From NCBI GenBank assembly GCA_964016885.1, contig OZ024740.1:315766001-315830000 (forward strand): DNA of 64,000 nt, read 5' to 3'. Every line of letters begins with the position of its first letter. Within the stretch, counting starts at the first letter, position 1. Made by a program: the position numbers and the translations under genes. Below, piece after piece: positions 14,550-26,148 of this stretch. The notes beneath the pieces are model-generated. The model saw only the letters and a list, made by a program, of their open reading frames with translations, did not search any database and had not been told where the DNA came from. Source of the stretch: Eledone cirrhosa. Its lineage: Eukaryota.

Positions 14550-17500
14550 TTCACCTCATTCACCTCATGCTGCCGGACGAAAGGGCAAAGCCCCACCCTC
14601 TTTGTTGCGGCCGCGGATGGCCAACATAACCCCAACCCCATCAACCACACCCCTCCCTGCACCCCACCCACCAAATGCAATCCAAAACTTCAGAGTTGGT
14701 ACCATGAATGTAGGGACCTTAAAAGGCCGCTCAAACGAGGTTGTAGAAATGCTTGAACGTAAGGAGGTTGATGTCTGCTGCATCCAAGAGACCAGGTGGA
14801 GGGGCGGGTCTGCTAGATTCATTGTGGGTAAAAAACGATGCTATAAGCTTTTCTGGGTGGGAAATGACAATGGGCTGGGTGGGGTAGGAATCATGTTAGC
14901 AGAAAAGTGGGCAGACAAGATAATAGACGTAAATAGAGTGAACGACAGAATAATTAAAATAAGACTTGTCCTCAATAAAACTACGGTGACAGTAATATCT
15001 GCGTACGCACCCCAATCCGGACTGCCCGGCGCTATAAAAGACAGATTCTACGAGACACTGATGCTCGCTACCTCCCAAATAACCGACAGTGACTATATAG
15101 TTATTGCAGGCGACCTAAATGGTCACGTTGGACAACATTGTGACGGCTATGACGGAATCCATGGAGGCTACGGGTTCGGTACTAGAAATGAGGAAGGCTC
15201 TAGAATCCTGGAATTCTGCGACGCAAATAACTTAACTATCTGTAACACTAACTTCAAAAAACGAGACAATCACTTGATCACCTATAGATCGGGGGAACAC
15301 ACAAGCCAGGTAGATTATATCCTTACCAGAAGACGTGACAGAGTGTCTGTTGTTAACACTAAATCCCTCCCCCATGAAGAATTCACCTCCCAACATAGAC
15401 TGATAATTAGCGACCTCATAGTCAGGACGAGACGTACTAGACAGCGGAAGAGGACTATCCTCAGGAGAAAAATATGGAAGCTAAAGGATCCCATAGCCAG
15501 AAATAAATTTCAAAGCATATTACTTGACGCTTTCGACAGTAAGGAAGAGCAATTAGAGTCGTATAATATAGAGGAACAGTGGGAATTCCTGAGAGCAAAC
15601 CTGCTGACGGCGGCAGACGAAGTTTGTGGCTGGAGCAGGCCTGTAGGTAGGAGGAGAGTAACATGGTGGTGGAACAGTAAGGTGGAGGAGTCAATTAAGG
15701 CCAAAAAGCAGGCTTGGAAAGTATGGCGGGATGGGGGAAGTAGAGAAGACTATCAAGTGGCCAGGAGGGAAGCTAGGAGACAAGTGTACTTCGCAAGAAG
15801 GGAAGCAGAGGAAAGAAAGTTCAAGCATGTTCTACAACGTGAGGACCAAAAACGTGAGGTGTTCAGGATTGCCAGGCAATGTGTCAAGGAAAACCGTGAT
15901 ATTGTCGGGGAGAAGTGTGTACTTAACGATGATGGCATACTTGCCATCACCAACGCTGATAAGAAGGTAGCTTGGAAGTGTCACTACGAAAGGCTTCTAA
16001 ATGAGGAGAACAAATGGGAGAAAGACAGTCTCCCCCACATCGACCCAATAGAGGGACCAGCAGTGTTAGTCCAGGGTAGTACAATAAGCAAGGCAATCAA
16101 AGATATGAAGACGGGTAAGGCGGCTGGTCCTTCGGAAATAGTTGCTGAGATGCTGAAGGCATCTGGTTCGGTGGGACACACCATGGTCACCCGGATAGTT
16201 AACCAAGTCGTACAGAATGGGGTTGTTCCGAAGGACTGGCGTAGCAGCAGCATCGTTAACTGCTATAAAGGAAAAGGAGATGCCCTAGATAGGAGTAACT
16301 ATAGAGGCATTAAATTAATCGACCAGGTCATGAAGGTCACGGAAAAAGTAATAGCGCAACTAATCAGAGAGAGAATTGATCTAGATGAAATGCAGTTCGG
16401 GTTTGTGTCAGGCAAAAGTACCACAGACGCTCTTTTCATTGTACGACAACTACAGGAGAAGTACCTAGCTAAAAGTAAACCCCTATACTTAGCTTTCGTC
16501 GACTTGGAGAAAGCCTTCGACAGAGTCCCCCGTTCCATTATCTGGTGGTCTCTTAGAAAACTAGGTGTTGACGAATGGCTTGTGAGAGCTATACAAGCCA
16601 TGTATAAAGAAACAGTCAGTAAGGTTAGAATTAACAACGAATATAGTGAAGAGTTTAGCGTAAAAGTTGGTGTCCATCAGGGCTCTGTTCTTAGCCCCCT
16701 ACTATTTATTATTGCCCTTCAGGCTATAACAGAGGAGTTCAAGACCAGCTGCCCATGGGAACTCCTATTCGCAGATGATCTAACGCTCATAGCTGAATCA
16801 ATGACCGAACTAGAGAAGAAATTCCAAACATGGAAGCACGGCCTAGAATCAAAAGGCCTTAAAATTAACCTGGCTAAGACTAAAGTTCTAGTTTGTAGGA
16901 AAGAAAATAAGGCGGCGGTCCCATCTGGGAAATGGCCATGCTCAGTGTGTAGGAAAGGCGTAGGTAGAAACTCCATTTTATGTCCCAAATGCAAAGTATG
17001 GGTGCATAAAAGATGTAGTGGGATCACAGGTAAGCTAACTAAGAACCTAGATTTTACATGTGGCCGGTGCTCTGGTGCAATAAGTAGCAGCAAGTGCCCA
17101 CAAAATACTAGCTCCTTCAACTGCGCAGAGGGTTCTATAGAAATAGTGGACAGCTTCCGTTACCTGGGTGACAAAATCAGCAGTGGGGGAGGGTGCTCTG
17201 AAAGTACAGTAGCTAGAGTCAGAACTGGATGGAAAAAGTTCAGAGAGCTTATACCACTATTAGCCTCTAGAGGGTTCTCCCTAAAAATGAAAGGCAGGTT
17301 ATACGATGCCTGCATACGAACAGCAATGCTGCATGGCAGTGAGACCTGGGCATTGTGTGCAGAGGATATACGCAGACTAGAGAGGAACGAAGCTTGCATG
17401 CTCCGCTGGATGTGCAATAGTAATATACGTGAACGGCAAAGCATAAACGAACTAAGGAAAAAATTAGAAATAAGAGGGATCAGATGTTGTTTACTCGAGA

Positions 17501-18211
17501 GAAGGCTACGTTGGTACGGTCACGTGATGCGCATGAAAGACGACAGCTGTATAACAAAGTGTAGGGCAATAAAGATAGACGGTAGCCACGGAGTAGGCAG
17601 ACCCAGAAAAACATGGGACGAGCTGATAAATTCCGACCTCACACGCTTACACCTCTCCAAGACAATGTCACTGGACCGAGACCTTTGGCGGTACTCAGTA
17701 ATAGAGAAGACCCGCCTTACCTAAATACAAAGTAAAAACCTACTACAGTCAGTAGGCATCTCTATCAAAACACACTCCCGTCCCACCACCTCCACCCCAT
17801 CCACACCGCCCCTTTCAATGTAAAGTTATGTTGGTGCCACAACATCCAGGCCGAAACAAATGAGATCGTGTAGGTGTCACGACAAAAAAAAACACACAGT
17901 CCACGCTGTAAATGTGGCCGTGTAGGCAACACGGTAAAAACCTCCCAGCCCTACACTGTAAATGTGGTTGGTGTTAGGAAGGGCATCCAGCTGTAGAAAA
18001 CCCGCCAGACAGTCCACGCTGTAATGTGGCCATGTAGGCAACACGGTAAAAACCTCCCAGCCCCACACTGTAAATGTGGTTGGTGTTAGGAAGGGCATCC
18101 AACTGTAGAAAACCCGCCAGACAGTCCTATGCGAGCAAGACAACCACTCTTGCCTCAAGTGGGAAAACCCCCGTCCAAACCCATGCAAGCGTGGAACACG
18201 GACGCTAAACC

Positions 18212-18245
<34 letters not shown>
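14550..18245 (+). mobile_element. RTE-clade non-LTR retrotransposon, copy A, near full length
   Basis: Single EN-RT ORF, a roughly 500-bp 3' UTR containing a 113-bp tandem duplication (17898/18011), and a (GAT)n tail at 18213-18245. Homology to copy B begins at TCACCTC (about 14551-14560). Confidence 0.95.
14617..17724 (+). CDS. RTE ORF: APE-like endonuclease plus reverse transcriptase with inserted PHD-type finger
   Basis: EN motifs GTMNVGTL, CIQETRW, AGDLNGHVG, SQVDYIL, SQHR. RT motifs YRGIKL, QFGF, AFVDLEKAFDRV, GVHQGSVLSPLLF, FADD, FRYLG. RTE C-terminus RRLRWYGHV..GRPRKTW. The frame is open from 14530, but the ATG shared with copy B is at 14617. Confidence 0.95.
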   Translation: MANITPTPSTTPLPAPHPPNAIQNFRVGTMNVGTLKGRSNEVVEMLERKEVDVCCIQETRWRGGSARFIVGKKRCYKLFWVGNDNGLGGVGIMLAEKWADKIIDVNRVNDRIIKIRLVLNKTTVTVISAYAPQSGLPGAIKDRFYETLMLATSQITDSDYIVIAGDLNGHVGQHCDGYDGIHGGYGFGTRNEEGSRILEFCDANNLTICNTNFKKRDNHLITYRSGEHTSQVDYILTRRRDRVSVVNTKSLPHEEFTSQHRLIISDLIVRTRRTRQRKRTILRRKIWKLKDPIARNKFQSILLDAFDSKEEQLESYNIEEQWEFLRANLLTAADEVCGWSRPVGRRRVTWWWNSKVEESIKAKKQAWKVWRDGGSREDYQVARREARRQVYFARREAEERKFKHVLQREDQKREVFRIARQCVKENRDIVGEKCVLNDDGILAITNADKKVAWKCHYERLLNEENKWEKDSLPHIDPIEGPAVLVQGSTISKAIKDMKTGKAAGPSEIVAEMLKASGSVGHTMVTRIVNQVVQNGVVPKDWRSSSIVNCYKGKGDALDRSNYRGIKLIDQVMKVTEKVIAQLIRERIDLDEMQFGFVSGKSTTDALFIVRQLQEKYLAKSKPLYLAFVDLEKAFDRVPRSIIWWSLRKLGVDEWLVRAIQAMYKETVSKVRINNEYSEEFSVKVGVHQGSVLSPLLFIIALQAITEEFKTSCPWELLFADDLTLIAESMTELEKKFQTWKHGLESKGLKINLAKTKVLVCRKENKAAVPSGKWPCSVCRKGVGRNSILCPKCKVWVHKRCSGITGKLTKNLDFTCGRCSGAISSSKCPQNTSSFNCAEGSIEIVDSFRYLGDKISSGGGCSESTVARVRTGWKKFRELIPLLASRGFSLKMKGRLYDACIRTAMLHGSETWALCAEDIRRLERNEACMLRWMCNSNIRERQSINELRKKLEIRGIRCCLLERRLRWYGHVMRMKDDSCITKCRAIKIDGSHGVGRPRKTWDELINSDLTRLHLSKTMSLDRDLWRYSVIEKTRLT

Positions 18246-19126
18246 CTGTGATTGCTAATTGTGAAGGGTGCCTCTATATGACCTGATGCAGAGGATTCAC
18301 TGGTTGGAACTGGTTTGATCGATCCCAGGTGAACATCAATACATACACAAGTAAGATATTGCCTAACCTAGATGATCAGATAAAATTAATGTTTTGGAAG
18401 GAATATATCCACAAGTTTATATGTACTTTCAATAAACTGATGTTTGTCATCCCTATTGCTGTTAATATTACTATTAATATAGCTGCTGCTATTGAGATTT
18501 TAATGACTTTATAAGTCTTTCTCTTCTTTAAAATAAACAACTGTGATTATAATTATTTTGATTTTTGATTCCCAATTGAAGCTATGACATTTCACATCAC
18601 ATACTGATGGGAAAGGTTAGAACATAACAAAATCTTGTCCCTCTTTCTAAAAAAAGTATCAGGTTTCTTTTCATCTGTGTTTCACTAATTCATATTGCTT
18701 CAAATGAATAAACCTAGACTTCAATCACTGTGGCTGGACTAACAGATAAGGGTAGAATCTAAGTGTAACTCATCTGGAGATCCTCCTATCAATTAATGTA
18801 TACTGGTGCGAAGACAAAAAGTGCCCAGTCCACAATGTAAATGTGGTTGGCTATAGGAAAGGCATCCAACTGTAGAAACCAAGCCAGAAACAGTTGTGTG
18901 AGCAAGACATGATCACCCATGCTAGTGTGGAAAAATGGATGTTAAATGACGCTGATGATGATGATGATGATAAAGATGCAGATTCCTTCAATGATCCAAA
19001 TGTTCTGGTACTTACAGCCAGTTTCAAGGTGTAAAGTAGATGAGAGATAAATCTTTCCTGGCTACAATGCCAATCCATCACGAGTAACATGCCTTAACAA
19101 TCTGTCATCTAAGTAAACTGAGACAA

Positions 19127-20021
19127 TCTATATATATAAAACTGTGGTTGTCTGTCTGTCTATCGATTTTTAGCACACATCTCCTCTTAGAATCTCTCAC
19201 GGAATTACACCGAAATTGCTATACTTGTACATTGAGCCCTAGCGAAGACATCGGAAAAAAAATATTTCAAATTGACCCACCCTATGTGACGAAATCGAAT
19301 ATAATGTATCGATTTTTGAGCGTAAGTTATCAGTTATTTCCCTTTGTTCTGTTTACATTGAGCGTCTTACGTAAAAAATTACGCTGGCTTTCTCAGCGTT
19401 TAAAATGACATTAACACAATACACGAACAGTTGTCGAGCCAGCAAAATATTGACCTGCAAAATTCATCAGTTCGAACACTAAGCTTCCGTTTTGCTTCAT
19501 TTCCATTTAAAAGCATTTTAAAACAATATTTTTACTTGAAAACAAGTCTATTTAAAGACTACGTAAAACAAGCAAATATTTCGTCGTTAGGCGTGCAGAC
19601 AGATAGTCGTGCAGAGAGGTGATATACGCGTGCAGACAGATAGTCGTGCAGAGAGGTGATATAGGCGTGCAGACAGACAGTCGTGCAGAGAGGTGATATA
19701 GGCGTGCAGACAGACATAACTGATAATTTGGTTACGCTAATGTTTTTCTCTGCGTTGCAGTGTTTACATTTTCGATCTTTGTTAATAAATAACCAGTGCA
19801 GTTTTTATCCCCAGCATCCTCTTTTGTTATAACATTCGGGTTATCGTTATGTTTTCTTAACTTCATAAGGCATATTGTTGGTTGAGGGAATATTAATCAA
19901 AAACACCACATGCAAGTCTGCACAGTAGACACTACAGTTTTTAAGCCAAAAAAGAAACTTAACATTGTAACTTTAACACAGCTACTGAGCGACCCCGAGC
20001 AACGCCGGGCTTTACTGCTAG
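19127..20021 (+). mobile_element. Non-autonomous Helitron
   Basis: 5' A|TCTATATATATAAA followed by GTCT repeats, subterminal hairpin CCCGAGCAACGCCGGG, 3' CTAG|T, and an internal 37-bp tandem repeat. Confidence 0.8.
19589..19715. repeat. 37-bp tandem repeat inside a Helitron
   Basis: aggcgtgcagacagatagtcgtgcagagaggtgatat, about 3.4 copies. Confidence 0.9.
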
Positions 20022-20356
20022 TATAGAATATAATGTTCTACACAAACACAAAATACAGCAAAATTGAACCCATGAGCTATATGTAGACTGTCCGAATGCC
20101 TTATCTACTAAGCCATGTTTACATTAGTTTATAATCCTGTGCTTCCATCACAACTAAAAAAGAAGGAGTAGATTGCTAGTTGAAACATTACTGAAGAAAT
20201 CTGATAAAGGAGGAAAACTTAAGCTGTGCTGTACAAGTGAAAGCTAATTGGTACAAAACTAAAGGTCAATCTAATCAACTCTATCCCTTCCCTGAATTTG
20301 TATCATTGTGCTTATGTTAAACATTAATATTATATGTAGAGATACAAAATATATAT

Positions 20357-20404
<48 letters not shown>

Positions 20405-20667
20405 CAGAAGATAAGATGTTTATACATGGATGTTATGCCGTATCTTCATGAGGATAAGCTGGTTCAAGTGATCCCAAAGCACATCATGTTAGCAGTTTAT
20501 CTCAGCTAAAAGTTAGTGATTAGGAGTGACAGAGTATTCATTTGTTTGCTGGCATCACAAGAAGATGGTAATAGATGACTAGCAACATATCCCTATGATT
20601 GATTAACTGCACCTAATGATTGCATGAGAATCTGATGAAGTCACATGTATAACCATGTATTAGAAAT

Positions 20668-22394
20668 ATCATCATCATCATCATCATCATCACCGTTTTA
20701 CGTCCGTTCTTCCACGCTAGCATGGGTTAGACGGGTTGTCCTGTTGTGGGCAGTGTCTGGTCGGCTGACCATGCCTTGCTCATACAGGAACTGATCTGGC
20801 TTGATTTCTACAGCTGGATGCCCTTCCTAACACCAACCTCATTTACAGTGAGTGCTGGGTGCTTTTTCGTGGCGCCTACACGTCCACTTTACAGTGTGGG
20901 CTGGGTGCTTTTTTGCCGTGGCACCTCCACGACCACCTTGCGGTGGGGGGGGGGGGGGATTATTGTTTATATGCTTCAGCATGTACCCGTGGGAGGTCGG
21001 GTACCCTGTATTACTGCGTGACGCCAGAAGTCACGGTCGTGTGTCATTGACTTTGAGAGGTGTAGTTGGGTAAGGTCGGCTTTTATCACCTCATCCCAAG
21101 TCATCTTGGGTCTCCCCACTCCGCGGTTTCCATCAACTTCTAGTGCTCTGCACCTTTTTATGCAGCTGTCATCCTTCATACGCATCACATGTCCATACCA
21201 GCGTAACCGCCTCTCCTGCACGCAGCATTTGATTCCTCTTATGCTCAGTCTCTCTCTCAATTCATTTATGCTTTGTCGTTCACGTATATTACTGTTACAC
21301 ATCCATCGGAGCATGCAGGCTTCGTTTCTCTCTAATCTACGTAAGTCTTCCACCTTCAGCGCCCAGGTCTCACTACCATGCAACATCGCTGTTCGGATAC
21401 ACGCATCATACAGTCTGCCTTTCATTCTGAGGGAGAAGCCTTTTGCAGCTAGCAGTGGTAGTAGTTCCCTAAACTTCTTCCATCCCGTTCTTACCCTAGT
21501 TATTGTACTTTCTGAGCACCCACCTCCGTTGCTAATTCGGTCACCTAGGTAGCAGAAGCTGTCTACTGTTTCTACAGGGCCCTCCCAGAGATTGGTGGTA
21601 CTTGTTTCCTGTGGCTGTTTGCTTGCTGTTTCAGCACAGCTGCTGCATGTGAATCCTACATTCTTAATTAAGCTTCCTGAGATCCCGCTACATCTCTTGT
21701 GTACCCATTGTTTGCATTTGGGGCAGAGAATGGAGTTCCTACCTACACCTTTCCTACATACTGAGCAAGGCCATTTCCCTGAGGGGATCTGGGTTCTGTT
21801 TTCTCGTCTACTTATAAGGACCTTAGTCTTTGTCATGTTGACTTTGAGGCCCTTTCTCTCTAGTCCCTGCTTCCAGGTTTGGAATTTATTCTCTAGTTCT
21901 ACCATAGATTCAGCTATGAGTGCGAGGTCATCAGCATACAGGAGTTCCCATGGGCATCCGGTCTTAAACTCCTCCGTTATTGCCTGCAGGACTATGATGA
22001 ACAGGAGAGGGCTAAGAACAGAGCCCTGGTGGACCCCAACCTGTACGCTAAATTCCTCGCTATACTCATTGCCAATCCTAACTTTGCTGACTGCTCCCCT
22101 ATACATGGCTTGTACCGCTTTCACAAGCCATTCATCTACTCCTAGTTTTCTAAGAGCCCACCAGATTACTGCACGTGGAACTCTGTCAAAGGCTTTCTCA
22201 AGGTCGACAAATGCCAAGTAGAGTGGCTTACTTTTAGCTAGGTACTTTTCCTGTAATTGCCTCACAAGGAAGAGCGCATCAGTGGTGCCTTTCCCTGGAA
22301 CAAACCCAAATTGCATCTCGTCTATATTCACCCGGTCCCTAATCAGCTGTGCTATAACTCTTTCTGTTACTTTCATGACCTGGTCCATCAACTT
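20668..22394 (-). mobile_element. 5'-truncated RTE LINE of a related subfamily; RT/PHD ORF 20976-22391 still open
   Basis: AFVDLEKAFDRV, QGSVLSPLLF, YADD, CSVC..CPKC..HKRC..CSSC. (ATC)n tail at 20668-20691. Confidence 0.93.
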
Positions 22395-22477
22395 TATATA
22401 TCATAAATATATATCATGCAATAATATATATCATGCAATAAAGCAATTATGGTAAAGTAACCCAGTCTTAACTACTT

Positions 22478-22849
22478 TTAATTTTGGGCTTGCAATCGAA
22501 AGGTTGTGAGTTCAATTCTCAGACCGGGTGATGTGTTGTTTCCTTGAGCAAGGCACTTTATTTCACATTGCTCCTGTTTACTCAGCTGTAGAAATGAGTT
22601 GATAGAACTGGGGTCCCTATCATTCCACTGCAAAGTGGTCGTGTAGGTGCCACGGCAAAAAAGCACCCAGCCCACACTGTAAAGTGGATGTGTAGGCGCC
22701 ACGGCAAAAAAGCACCCAGCACTCACTGTAAATGAGGTTGGTGTTAGGAAGGGCATCCAGCTGTAGAAATCAAGCCAGAATCAGTTCCCGTCCCACCCTT
22801 GCAATCAGGGAAAAACGGACGTAAAATGATGATGATGATGATGATGATG
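22478..22849 (+). mobile_element. tRNA-derived SINE carrying the RTE 3' tail
   Basis: B-box-like GAGTTCAATTCTC, central ccttgagcaaggcacttt, then RTE 3' UTR sequence and (GAT)n. Confidence 0.8.
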
Positions 22850-23596
22850 TATATTCTTATATAAATGTTGGCTATATGGGTTTGTGTTATAAATACACAT
22901 AACATGCAATGACTGACAGATTTACATATGCACTATGGATAGAGTCAATTCAATATTTGATATTAATAGGGGCTATTTACTTCAAAGATTTTCCAAAGTT
23001 CCTATGTTATTAAAACAGTAATGTTGAGATGGTCCGTTTGCTATATAGCCTTAACTGAGTTAAGGTAAGAGTTAGTAGGCAGATGCAGTAAACGCCAATA
23101 TAAAAAAGGTAGGTAAATAATACTAAGGTGTGCATAAGGCCAAAGAAAAGGTGGGATAAAGAGAGGACAAATGTTAGCAAGGAAATGGGTGAAGGAAGAA
23201 TTTACCTGGTGTTAAATTAGTTATGTAGCAAATAAATTTCCTGTTGTATTAACTTGTATTAATTCTTAAGGTTGTTACATTCTAACCCATATACATCAAT
23301 ACACATAAGATAACCCCATATCACATAAAATCACTAACACTAGGGAGATTGCCATGCCCTTGATATGACAAGAATGGCCTCCCAATCCTTTTTCTGGCAA
23401 GTTTTCTATGACTGGAGGCCCTTTCTATCACCAACCACCTTACAGCATGTACTGGGTGCCTTTATCATGTAAATCTCCAACACTAGGAAGGTTGTCATGT
23501 CCTAGACATGTCTGCAGAGTCTCCCAACACTTTGAATGACAAGTTTTCTACAACATGCATGCATGCGTGCGTGCGTGCATGCATGTATGTATGCTA

Positions 23597-24100
23597 TCTC
23601 TTTCTCTTAATTTCGAGTATATTTGTTTGACCGGCCACCTTCCTGGTGGCAAGGTTGTAAAAGAAAAGAAATTGTCATCCCTTGAATTGCAAGAATGTTT
23701 TGCAAATTTTGAAGGTGCCAGCTATCACAGCCATTTGTAGACTATGAATTAGGGAGCTGCACTTTTTGTCCGCAAATCCAAGTTCAGTCATACTTTGGTC
23801 CAAGTGGGTTGGTATATAACCCGTAACTCCAATAATGATGGGTATGAAGCTAAAGGTGTATCTTGGATACTGGATTTGTAAACTCCTCATCAATGGTCCG
23901 TAGATGTCCTCCTTCCCCTGTATTTTTCTGACAACGTTTACATCAAGTGGGCAGCTGATCTCCACAACAGAACACGTTTTCAATGTGTGGTCCCAAACAA
24001 CAATATCAGGCCGGTTGTGCTTTAATTTGGTGGCAGTTTTTATTTTCAGGTTCCACCAGTATTCCTTAGTGCCATCTGTCTCAATATATTCTTCCTCGTT
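23597..24100 (-). mobile_element. 3' relic of an RLE-type non-LTR retrotransposon (R4/Dong-like)
   Basis: YWWNLKIKT..HNRPDIVVWD..CSVVEISCP..K..Y..IPIIIGVTG matches a PD-(D/E)xK restriction-like endonuclease. Embedded in CATG/CATA/TTTG microsatellites. Confidence 0.85.
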
Positions 24101-24349
24101 TGTTGTTAATTTTGTTTGTTTGTTTGTTTGTTTGTTTGTATGTATGCATGCATGCATGCATGCATACATACATGGTGGCTGCCAACTCGTTTTCGAGTAC
24201 GGCCACTACTTTATATCCATGTAGGAGAACCCCTACCGATGCGCTGAATGAGTGTGGCTTTTTAGTCCAGCCAGCGACTTGAAAACTCTGGTACAAACAC
24301 TACACCTGTGACAATTATTGACACATAGTGCTGGGCCCATGGTACCATG

Positions 24350-24815
24350 TGACGACAAGTGCAGAGAGATCTCCAGATATAAAGCAATGCCTGTGCCGTA
24401 AACCTTTTATAGTGAGCAAAGGCACTGCACAAAGCCAGTCCCACTCTCTTAACCAAGATGATATTTACCAAAAAGAAGAACAAGTCAACATCATTTGATA
24501 CCATCAGAGTTGCAGGTGTTATATCAGAGTTTTCCTTCTCCTAGAATTCTGCCTTGACAAAGGCTAAGGGGTCATCTCTCCCGGTGATTTTGGATGGCCA
24601 TTGACTCTTAAGAGCTCCTTTGACAGGTTTTGTTTTTAGTCCTGCAGGATGTCCAAAGTCACCCTCCTCACCAAGAAACTTTTGTGGGGTTGCCAGTTTA
24701 GTCGCCAACGACCCGACCATGAGACAGGTTGTACTGGGATACATGTTACCAGTAGCACCAACTGGTGACCTGACATAAATGTGTCAATAATTGTCACAAG
24801 TGTAGTGTTTGTACC
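24350..24815 (-). mobile_element. Probable RTE-type 5' UTR fragment
   Basis: The minus strand contains ttagcc..ggcag..tctaggagaaggaaaactctga, which I recall from RTE-type 5' UTRs (recalled, not searched). No ORF follows. Confidence 0.4.
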
Positions 24816-24816
24816 A

Positions 24817-24921
24817 TATACATACATATATACATACATACCTATATATATACATACATATATCCATACATACATATACATACATACATATACATACATA
24901 CATATATATACATACATATAC

Positions 24922-24988
<67 letters not shown>

Positions 24989-25191
24989 CATATACATACA
25001 TATATATACATACATACATACATATACATACATATATATACATACATACATACATACATACATATACATACATATATATACATACATACATATACATACA
25101 TATATATACATACATACATATACATACATATATATACATACATACATATACATACATATATATACATACATACATATACATACATATATAT

Positions 25192-25226
<35 letters not shown>

Positions 25227-25280
25227 TACACACACATACACTACTTATACACGCACATATAGACACACATATACACAATA
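24817..25280. repeat. (TACA/TA/CA)n compound microsatellite
   Basis: Seen directly in the sequence. Confidence 0.95.
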
Positions 25281-25644
25281 AGGATAATTGCAAAGGTTTA
25301 ATTCATATAGCTGTGATACATATTTCATGGTTACGTAATGCTACAATCACACAACCAGTAATGCAACATCAGACAGCATCTTATTTAATAAGGTTATGTT
25401 ATCAATGTAATAAAAGCTAAAGAATGAATATATGTATGTGTGTATGCTTCTAATATACAATAACCAATGTGTGTTGGTTCTTTGATCTAATGTCAGGTTT
25501 AACAACATATATAGAGAGGAGAGCATTAGAGAAAAGAGAATTATTAATACATCGGTTAAAGGAGTACACATACTGAGGAGAGTGTCAGGAAAAAAGTGAG
25601 GGAGAAAGAGGCAAAGACATGCTATACTGGAACATACATACACA

Positions 25645-25803
25645 CAGGGCCGTATAACGCATGGGCACGCTGGGCAGTTGCCCAGGGGCCCCACGAGGAT
25701 AAGGGGGCCCATTTGTATTTTTATTCCTGTGAGTGGTTGTGTAAGTAGGGGCCCCAGTGCTCTGCTTTTCCCGGGGGCTTATAATGCTGTTAAGACAGCC
25801 CTG
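25645..25803. mobile_element. hAT-type MITE
   Basis: TIR CAGGGCCGT/ACAGCCCTG with an exact 8-bp target duplication CATACACA on both sides. Confidence 0.8.
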
Positions 25804-25849
25804 CATACACACTGATGAGACGACAGCATGTTTGTAAATTTTAACATTC

Positions 25850-26148
25850 AGCCACTACTTCTCCAAATTGAGAGATCACAGCTCTGATACTATGGGCATG
25901 TAGTTAGAATGTCTCAGTAAAGAATCACTGGACTGGACAGATTTTACAGGCAAAAGCAACTGGTAGAAGACTCATGGTAGACCCCGAGCAAGATGGTTGG
26001 ATAACATCCATGAGCTTGGCTGGTCACGCTTGGGGATCCAGCCAGATCAGTTGGAGATGGTTGCTTTCTGACAGGACCCGCTGGAGGGAGTGTTTCATGA
26101 CTTTGCCCTCACAACCCTTTCAGGAATAAGTGGGCAAAGAAGAAGAAT
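25850..26148 (+). mobile_element. 3' fragment of the second RTE-like family
   Basis: Aligns by eye with 35100-35415 (gccactact...agcaagatggttggataac...tcaggaataagtggg...gaagaagaa). Confidence 0.75.

Noticed and set aside
14565-17444. Antisense and alternate-frame ORFs over the LINEs
   Set aside because: They are shadows of the LINE ORF and recur only because the copies are homologous.
18211-18245. CTGATGA matches at LINE tails and at 25813, 29029 and 43506
   Set aside because: They are part of (GAT)n tails or lack stem II, GAAA and stem I, so they were not counted as hammerheads.
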